NCBI GenBank assembly: GCA_964536205.1
Contig: CAZHVT010000001.1
Location: forward strand, 69,944-133,943
Source: an uncultured Gammaproteobacteria bacterium
GTDB taxonomy: Bacteria; Patescibacteriota; Patescibacteriia; Magasanikbacterales; GCA-002688135
Length of the DNA: 64,000 bases
Reading direction: 5' to 3'
Each line of letters starts with the position of its first letter. Within the stretch, counting starts at the first letter, position 1. The notes below the pieces were generated by a model. The model did not search any database and had not been told where the DNA came from. It was given only the letters and a program-made list of their open reading frames with translations. The position numbers were made by a program, and so were the translations under genes. This document shows, piece by piece, positions 58,618-64,000 of this stretch.

Positions 58618-58642
58618 TAGCAGGATCCTTCGGGGTCCTTTT

Positions 58643-59752
58643 TTATTTTATGATTCTACGCACGGTGTGGTTGAGGCGGGTGAGGATTTCGTGTTCTATG
58701 GTGTTGCAAAGTTTCGCGGTTTGCGCGAGTGAGTTTGGGTCTTCGCGGTTTTTTGAATAGACGATTACTTCATCGCCCACGTTTGCATCGACATGAGAAA
58801 TATTTATGGTTGAATAATTCATGCTGATGTTTCCGACGATGTTGCAGATTGTTTCGTTGACGATCATGCAGCCCTTGTTTGAAAGTCGTCGTTCTAATCC
58901 TTCTTGATAGCCGATCGGAATTAATGCAATTTTCATATCTGTTGGTGCGCGGAAGGTGCTTGCGTATCCGATGGTTTCTCCTTTTTTAATTGTTCTTATC
59001 TGAACGATGCGAGAAACAAGTTCGAGTGCTGGCTGCAATTCGTCATATTTTGAATGGTCTTTTCCTGTTCCGTAGAGGACACGTCCGGCGCGAATAAGAT
59101 TTCCCTGAGTTTCTAATCCAAATACAATTGAATTACTTGCGTCCATGTATGTATATGTGAGAGGGATATTTTTTTGCTCAAAATGCGTGATGATTTTTTG
59201 GAAATTATCTACTTGGTTGTGTGTGAGTTGGGTTGGCATCATGTAATCTGCTTCTGCGAAATGTGACGCAATTCCCTCAACTCGTGCATTTTTTTCTGTG
59301 ATGAAATTTGTAATCCAATTTAGTTCATTAATATCAAATCCTTCACGATTCATTCCTGTGTTGAAAAAAAGATGTATGGCAGATTGTGGTTGAGATTCGT
59401 GAATTGTTTGAAGAGATTCTTTTGAATGTGCCATGAAAGAAAATGGATATTTTTTCTTTTGTAGATTTTCCGGGCGCGTGAATCCTAGAATGAGAATAGG
59501 TGTTTTGATTCCAGCATCCTTGAGCCGAAGTGCTTCATAGGTTGAATCTGCAAAAATGAATTCGATATTTTTATCATCCACGATTTTTGCGATTTCAATA
59601 ATGCCATGACCGTATCCATTACTCTTCACTACAACACCAATTTTTTTATCTCCAGCCCATTCCTGAATTTTTTTGAAATTATGAAGCAGGCGATCTTTAT
59701 AGATATAGATCGTGTTAAGGGTTTCGTATTTTTTTCGTGACCAGGGAAACAT
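58643..59752 (-). CDS. alr: Alanine racemase
   Basis: VVKSNGYGHG PLP lysine, NTGMNREG, SHFA, IGY, VGNISMN. Confidence 0.92.
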   Translation of the reverse strand: MFPWSRKKYETLNTIYIYKDRLLHNFKKIQEWAGDKKIGVVVKSNGYGHGIIEIAKIVDDKNIEFIFADSTYEALRLKDAGIKTPILILGFTRPENLQKKKYPFSFMAHSKESLQTIHESQPQSAIHLFFNTGMNREGFDINELNWITNFITEKNARVEGIASHFAEADYMMPTQLTHNQVDNFQKIITHFEQKNIPLTYTYMDASNSIVFGLETQGNLIRAGRVLYGTGKDHSKYDELQPALELVSRIVQIRTIKKGETIGYASTFRAPTDMKIALIPIGYQEGLERRLSNKGCMIVNETICNIVGNISMNYSTINISHVDANVGDEVIVYSKNREDPNSLAQTAKLCNTIEHEILTRLNHTVRRIIK

Positions 59753-59835
59753 AGTCTCTATCTTACTATGTTGATCTCGAGAGTCAAAGATTGACGTGAA
59801 ATGATAATGTGATAGAATAAAGCTCAACAATTTAT

Positions 59836-59911
59836 GGCGGCCGTGGTGTAATGGTTAGCACAGCAGTTTGTGGTACTGCTAGCGGCGGTTCAATTCCGCT
59901 CGGTCGCCCCA
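59836..59911 (+). tRNA. tRNA-His(GTG)
   Basis: G-1, cloverleaf, anticodon arm GCAGT-TTGTGGT-ACTGC, encoded CCA. Confidence 0.96.
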
Positions 59912-59917
59912 TCGGAA

Positions 59918-59956
59918 AACTCACCTTTTGGTGGGTTTTTCGTTTGGAATAAAAAA
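59918..59956 (+). terminator. 39-bp terminator module, copy 1 of 3 identical
   Basis: AACTCACCTTTTGGTGGGTTTTTCGTTTGGAATAAAAAA; also at 60689-60727 and 61466-61504. Confidence 0.85.
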
Positions 59957-59981
59957 TCCCGCACTGAAGTGCGGGGTGACG

Positions 59982-60419
59982 TTACACGTCGCCGGGGCAG
60001 TACGCAGTGACTGATACCCGAGACAGTGCCTCGTGCAGGAGCTCGAAGCGACGCGATTGTGTGTGAAAAGGTGTCAGTGTGAAACAGTAGGGCGTCATGG
60101 AAACACCCTTGTAGGCGAGTTTGGTGGCGATCCGAAGACACTCCCATTCCTCGTCGTACAGTACGTCGGTACCAAGACCGGCGCGAGTCACGTCGTCATC
60201 CCATGAAAGGAATCCGAGGTGTGTCTCATTTGTAACTGCTGACGCATTTTTCACGGTGAGATTATCATCCACGACAACGAAGTTGCCGGGAGCAGTCTCG
60301 ATCACGTCGATCCATCGATCCTCTGGGCAAGGCGCTGCGCTGGGATGCAGAAATGCATGACTAGCGCGGCGAGAATGAACGTCGTTTGCACGAAGATAGA
60401 TACGGTGAGTTTGCTTCAT
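59982..60419 (-). CDS. Cassette 1 hypothetical protein
   Basis: TTGACA(60523)-17bp-TACATT, GGAG SD, own terminator hairpin 59958-59975. Confidence 0.7.
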   Translation of the reverse strand: MKQTHRIYLRANDVHSRRASHAFLHPSAAPCPEDRWIDVIETAPGNFVVVDDNLTVKNASAVTNETHLGFLSWDDDVTRAGLGTDVLYDEEWECLRIATKLAYKGVSMTPYCFTLTPFHTQSRRFELLHEALSRVSVTAYCPGDV

Positions 60420-60561
60420 GACAGGTGCTCCATTGTGGTTTTCTTGGATATCTATCCCCACGGAACGTCACCTTATTTTTCTTAGTGCGAAATTAATGTA
60501 TCATTTTTGTTTAACATTGTCAACTCCTAAGCGCATGTATTTGCTTTTCCTCTGGTATTCC

Positions 60562-60591
60562 AGTTCGAACATCATACGCTACATGGCCCCA
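60562..60591 (+). repeat. att-like repeat R1
   Basis: AGTTCGAACATCATACGCTACATGGCCCCA. Confidence 0.8.
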
Positions 60592-60750
60592 TCAAAAAAC
60601 ACTCGTGAAAGCGAGTGTTTTTTTCTGCAAAGTTGGTGTCTGCAAACCACACCATTGTTTATTGTTTACGCTACGTGGCCCAGCGAACAACTCACCTTTT
60701 GGTGGGTTTTTCGTTTGGAATAAAAAATCTCGCCTTGGCGAGATTGAGTG

Positions 60751-61320
60751 TTATGCGGTTGCCGCAATGCCGACTTCCATCCCCGAACACCTGCCTCTGT
60801 TGGTGAATTGTAACTCACATATAGCCTCTTGGCTCTCGAGCAGTTCCATGATCGCAGTACAGAATTTTTCGAGGTCTGATAGTGAGTCAAAGTGATCCCA
60901 CAAACCGTTTGCATCATATTCGATCGATGGATCGGATGCTGGTGAGCATGCCAGTCCTTCTGTTTTATAGTTTTCGCCGTATCCTTGATCAAACAGACGT
61001 TGCATCTCGGAAGGAAATAATACCTTGATTCTCTTCACTGCGAATGCGTCGGTAACTGATATGACCACTATTTCATTCACTTGAATGACTCTGCGTGTTG
61101 CTCGAATTTTTTTGGAGCAATTATATAGAGGATACAACCGTACATCCATATCACGTAGTGGAATTTGTTCGGACAGAGTTACCTCAACTTTAAATGACCA
61201 TCTTGTTGTTCTGCGATTTTGCTTGAGTCCTTTGAACCACATGAAAATATCCCGCAAGAATGACTCGACTCTTTCTTTTTTTTGATCATAAATTGCCAAT
61301 CCAAGTTGTGCCTGGTTCAT
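60751..61320 (-). CDS. Cassette 2 hypothetical protein
   Basis: TTGACA(61394)-17bp-TAGGAT, GAGGAG SD, own terminator hairpin. Confidence 0.7.
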   Translation of the reverse strand: MNQAQLGLAIYDQKKERVESFLRDIFMWFKGLKQNRRTTRWSFKVEVTLSEQIPLRDMDVRLYPLYNCSKKIRATRRVIQVNEIVVISVTDAFAVKRIKVLFPSEMQRLFDQGYGENYKTEGLACSPASDPSIEYDANGLWDHFDSLSDLEKFCTAIMELLESQEAICELQFTNRGRCSGMEVGIAATA

Positions 61321-61430
61321 CTGCAAGCTCCTCTGTTTGTAAGTTAATTTTAAAAGATCTTTGTTATCCTATCATTGGTTTTTGTGTTTGTCAATGGTTG
61401 ATGTACATTGGTTTAAATTATCAATAAATT

Positions 61431-61459
61431 AGTTCGAATTTTATGCGCTAGACGGCCCA
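61431..61459 (+). repeat. att-like repeat R3
   Basis: AGTTCGAATTTTATGCGCTAGACGGCCCA. Confidence 0.75.
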
Positions 61460-61529
61460 GCGAAGAACTCACCTTTTGGTGGGTTTTTCGTTTGGAATAA
61501 AAAAACGCCGCGTAGGCGTTCTTACTGGT

Positions 61530-61820
61530 TCATTCAGATGTTGTCAATTGAAATTCAATTCTTCGCATGAAAAAGGTTTTTGTAGGAGACAGTCCTATGC
61601 AGTCAAACATTTCGATTGTTTCTGGATCCAGGCTTAAGCCTAATTTCCGTGCTTTGTATTTAAAGCGTTCAAGTACAAAACGTGCTTTTTTATCTAGTGC
61701 GTCGGTGTATCGTGCTGTGAAGGTGAAAAAGTGTAGTTCTTCACACAGTTCTTCTGGTGGTGTTGAATCCCAACTTCTCGTCATCTCTTTAATTTGATCT
61801 TTTTGTGCTTGGTGGCTCAA
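61530..61820 (-). CDS. Cassette 3 hypothetical protein
   Basis: The ORF-track TTG at 61886 is the -35 box (TTGACA-17bp-TAAATT); AAGGAGG SD precedes TTG at 61820. Confidence 0.65.
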   Translation of the reverse strand: MSHQAQKDQIKEMTRSWDSTPPEELCEELHFFTFTARYTDALDKKARFVLERFKYKARKLGLSLDPETIEMFDCIGLSPTKTFFMRRIEFQLTTSE

Positions 61821-61903
61821 ATCGTATTCCTCCTTGCTGTCAAAAGAATCTGGTGAGAATTTAGCATAATTTGGTTTGATTGTCAATAGTTTGTAGTGAT
61901 TTT

Positions 61904-61933
61904 AGTTCGAACATCATACGCTAAGCGGCCCCA
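61904..61933 (+). repeat. att-like repeat R4
   Basis: AGTTCGAACATCATACGCTAAGCGGCCCCA. Confidence 0.8.
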
Positions 61934-62241
61934 GATGAAATAACTCCCAAAAGGAGTTGTTTTGTTTTAGAAAAAATTGAATTTTGGTTCAACTTTGATC
62001 ATTATAAGTTCGGTTGGGGTGGTATAGAATGGTTGTTTTATAGAAACGGCAGTATGTAATCTTGTTAACATCCTGTTTCTTCTTGCCCATCGAAAAAACC
62101 AAGAAATAGAAAACTTCCGCTTGCGGAAGTTTTGTGTCGGTTTTAAATTTTGTGAACATGGTTTTTTTTGGGGCATTTTTGGAAAATGTTTACTTTGCGT
62201 GTATTTCTTTTCTTATTTCTTCTGCTAGTTTCCTTACTCTT

Positions 62242-62838
62242 TCATCGGTGAATTTCTTCGTGATAGCGTCTCCAGTGTTCGCCTCGTTGTAACAGGCTAA
62301 GATCGTTTGCGCTTAGCCATTCTTCTCCAAATCCGGGTTCCCCAATGTTGTATATGGGTTTGTCATCATTGTTTTCTCCGTCAACCCATTTGTCGTAGTC
62401 GACGGTGTAGACGAATTCTGTTTCTCCAGAAAGTGTGACGACTGTGTCTCCTTCCCAGATTTTTGTGTCAGGATGATCTCCTATGAAATCGTGGTTTGGG
62501 TTTATGTCTGTAGTGAGTTTCAGCTGTCTGTAGTATTCTTCTCGTTTTGTCATTTCGGCGCGATCGGCTAGTTCTAGGAAGTGTGCGTGGATTGGTAGGA
62601 TATCGCCGTTCGTCAGTTTGACGAAAACTTTTTCTCTGTCTAGGTGTTTCCCTGGTTTTTTTCCGGCTCCGTTGTAGGTGAATCCAGTGAAGTAGGAATA
62701 GAATCTCTGTACCGTACCTTGTGTGCCTGGTGGGCATTGTGGCGTGCTTGTTGTGAGTGAAATGATGCCGCGGGTGGGGAGCGGTGTGTTTTCTATTACA
62801 CACACTCTGTCACCAATTTTCAGTAGCTGTCCGTTCAT
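62242..62838 (-). CDS. Cassette 4 hypothetical protein (two KOW/SH3-like starts, phage-like)
   Basis: LKIGDRVCV and KIWEGDTVV; TTGACA(62917)-17bp-TATTTT; GGAG SD (start 62838 or 62850). Confidence 0.7.
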   Translation of the reverse strand: MNGQLLKIGDRVCVIENTPLPTRGIISLTTSTPQCPPGTQGTVQRFYSYFTGFTYNGAGKKPGKHLDREKVFVKLTNGDILPIHAHFLELADRAEMTKREEYYRQLKLTTDINPNHDFIGDHPDTKIWEGDTVVTLSGETEFVYTVDYDKWVDGENNDDKPIYNIGEPGFGEEWLSANDLSLLQRGEHWRRYHEEIHR

Positions 62839-63025
62839 GATTTTCTCCATGTTTGTTTTTTTGAATAAGGAACGAATAGATTGTTGATAAAATAGCATGT
62901 TTTTTAGGTTTTGTCAATGGTTATATTTCAAATTAAACAATGTAAACAATAAACAATGGTAAACAATGGTGTGGTTTGCAGACACCAACTTTGTAACATT
63001 ACGTGGATTTCTTGTTTCGCAATGT

Positions 63026-63055
63026 AGTTCGAATGTCATACGCTAGGTGGCTCCA
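63026..63055 (+). repeat. att-like repeat R5
   Basis: AGTTCGAATGTCATACGCTAGGTGGCTCCA. Confidence 0.8.
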
Positions 63056-63116
63056 TTATAATTTACCTTAAGGTTTTTTTGTATAAAAAAAGAGCTCGGT
63101 ATTACCGAGCTAGTTT

Positions 63117-63320
63117 CTAGAAATAAACGCACTCCTCGCAATCTTCGTCTGGTGCTGCGCCGTGTTCGCATAACCCCAGATCTTCGTTGCAGGGTCCTTC
63201 GTCGCCGAGACAGAATCCGTTCATGCATTGATATTCTGTTTCGGAACTCCCCTCCATTGGTTCGTCGCATAGAGCGCAATTGGGTGGTGATTCCGTTACT
63301 ACGTTGGTTTTTGCTACCAA
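63117..63320 (-). CDS. Small acidic Cys-rich (Zn-finger-like) protein
   Basis: CALC..CMNGFC..C..CEH..CEEC; TTGACA(63394)-17bp-TAGCCT; AGGGG SD. Confidence 0.6.
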   Translation of the reverse strand: MVAKTNVVTESPPNCALCDEPMEGSSETEYQCMNGFCLGDEGPCNEDLGLCEHGAAPDEDCEECVYF

Positions 63321-63411
63321 TTTATTTCCCCTTTTTTGCTGTCACAGTGAAAATGTACTGTCGTTAGGCTACCACAAAATAGGTTTCTTGTCAATCCTTT
63401 TATATGTTTTG

Positions 63412-64000
63412 CTATTGTTTTCTGAAGTAGTTTGCTGTGGGGAGTTCGGATTGTGGGGCATGGCGCTGCAGATCAGGAAGTGCGGATGCGATTTCGTCCC
63501 AGATTTCTTTAAGTTCTTCTATAGATATTTTTTGATTAAGGGTGAGCGACAACATGTCTGGTTCTATTTCTACTTCGATTTCTTTTTCTTCGAGTATGTT
63601 TTTAATTTCTTTTGGGAGTAAGAGTTTTTCGAAATCATTTTGCGTGCATCCAACGAATTGGGTGTTTTCTTCTCCGAATCCACATCCGTATGTGGAATAA
63701 CCTTTTGTTCTGATGAGTTTGAGTGCGTCGCGCATGTGTGGTTCGATGTCTTCGATGTATGCTCCCATTCTTTTTTCGAATTCTGTTGGTGTGGGATTTG
63801 TTTCTTTTCGTTCTTTTGATTCTTTTCGTGATTGTTGGTGAGCGTCTTCTCGCAGGGTCTGAAAGTGGATGAGGAGTTCCATGGTTTCATTAGACAGATT
63901 ATGGAATTCTTGTAGTTCTTTTATTTCTGCTTTTGTTCCAGAAATAAGCGTTTTGTTTACGATGTCTAGATTTAGAAAGCGTTCGTTTGGGTCTTTTGAT
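63412..64000 (-). CDS. Hypothetical protein, 5' end beyond the window
   Basis: The frame of the 63412-63882 ORF stays open to 64000 (SKDPNERFLNLDIVNK...NETMELL). Confidence 0.7.
   Translation of the reverse strand, partial: SKDPNERFLNLDIVNKTLISGTKAEIKELQEFHNLSNETMELLIHFQTLREDAHQQSRKESKERKETNPTPTEFEKRMGAYIEDIEPHMRDALKLIRTKGYSTYGCGFGEENTQFVGCTQNDFEKLLLPKEIKNILEEKEIEVEIEPDMLSLTLNQKISIEELKEIWDEIASALPDLQRHAPQSELPTANYFRKQ

Larger units (their letters stand above)
59912..63055. mobile_element. tRNA-His-anchored array of single-gene cassettes
   Basis: att-like repeats at 60562, 60667 (half), 61431, 61904 and 63026; identical 39-bp module at 59918, 60689 and 61466; one minus-strand ORF per unit. Confidence 0.6.

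Noticed and set aside
61967-62176. 69-aa ORF in the cassette 4 interval
   Set aside because: It runs through a terminator-like hairpin (62110-62133) and lacks an SD, so it is probably spurious.
62190-62260. Frameshifted C-terminal extension of cassette 4 (KKFTDERVRKLAEEIRKEIHAK)
   Set aside because: It reads like protein but is short, has no clear slippery site, and cannot be distinguished from chance or a gene remnant without homologues.
59912-63055. CRISPR array or classical integron
   Set aside because: Repeats are degenerate and mostly separated by 0.5-1.1 kb of coding DNA; there are no cas genes, no attC RYYYAAC/GTTRRRY palindromes, and the recombinase looks like Xer rather than IntI.
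1-64000. Alternative genetic code (UGA=Gly, code 25)
   Set aside because: Long genes (rpoB, rpoC, pnp) are intact under code 11, and TGA ends genes at natural C-termini (e.g. 3727, 24774).

Overview
64 kb of an AT-rich, G/T-skewed bacterial chromosome in standard code 11. The gene set and style (fermentative core, VirB2/TrbC-like pilin array, RodZ-FtsK-RecA, mostly SD-less housekeeping genes) suggest a Patescibacteria/CPR genome; this is an inference. Core genes: hppA, M23/LysM peptidase, comM, rpsF-ssb-rpsR-epmA-efp, P-type ATPase, trpS, recA, ftsK, rnhB, corA, galU, mgtE, rpoBC, yebC, ruvC, pnp, rpsO, a Xer-type recombinase, alr, tRNA-Arg(TCT) and tRNA-His(GTG). The most striking unexplained structures are: (1) a 68-nt tmRNA-TLD-like, alanine-identity tRNA mimic (25193-25260, minus) followed by a separately promoted small RNA whose first 23 nt are complementary to it; (2) an integron-like array of single-gene cassettes stacked behind tRNA-His, delimited by ~30-bp att-like repeats and an identical 39-bp terminator module; (3) nine tandem pilin genes with variable Cys-rich heads; (4) several families of intergenic hairpins built from 7-mers that span exactly from stop codon to start codon; (5) ORFans packaged with a stereotyped terminator/TTGACA-17-(-10)/SD grammar. 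All calls are by eye; no database searches or folding programs were run.
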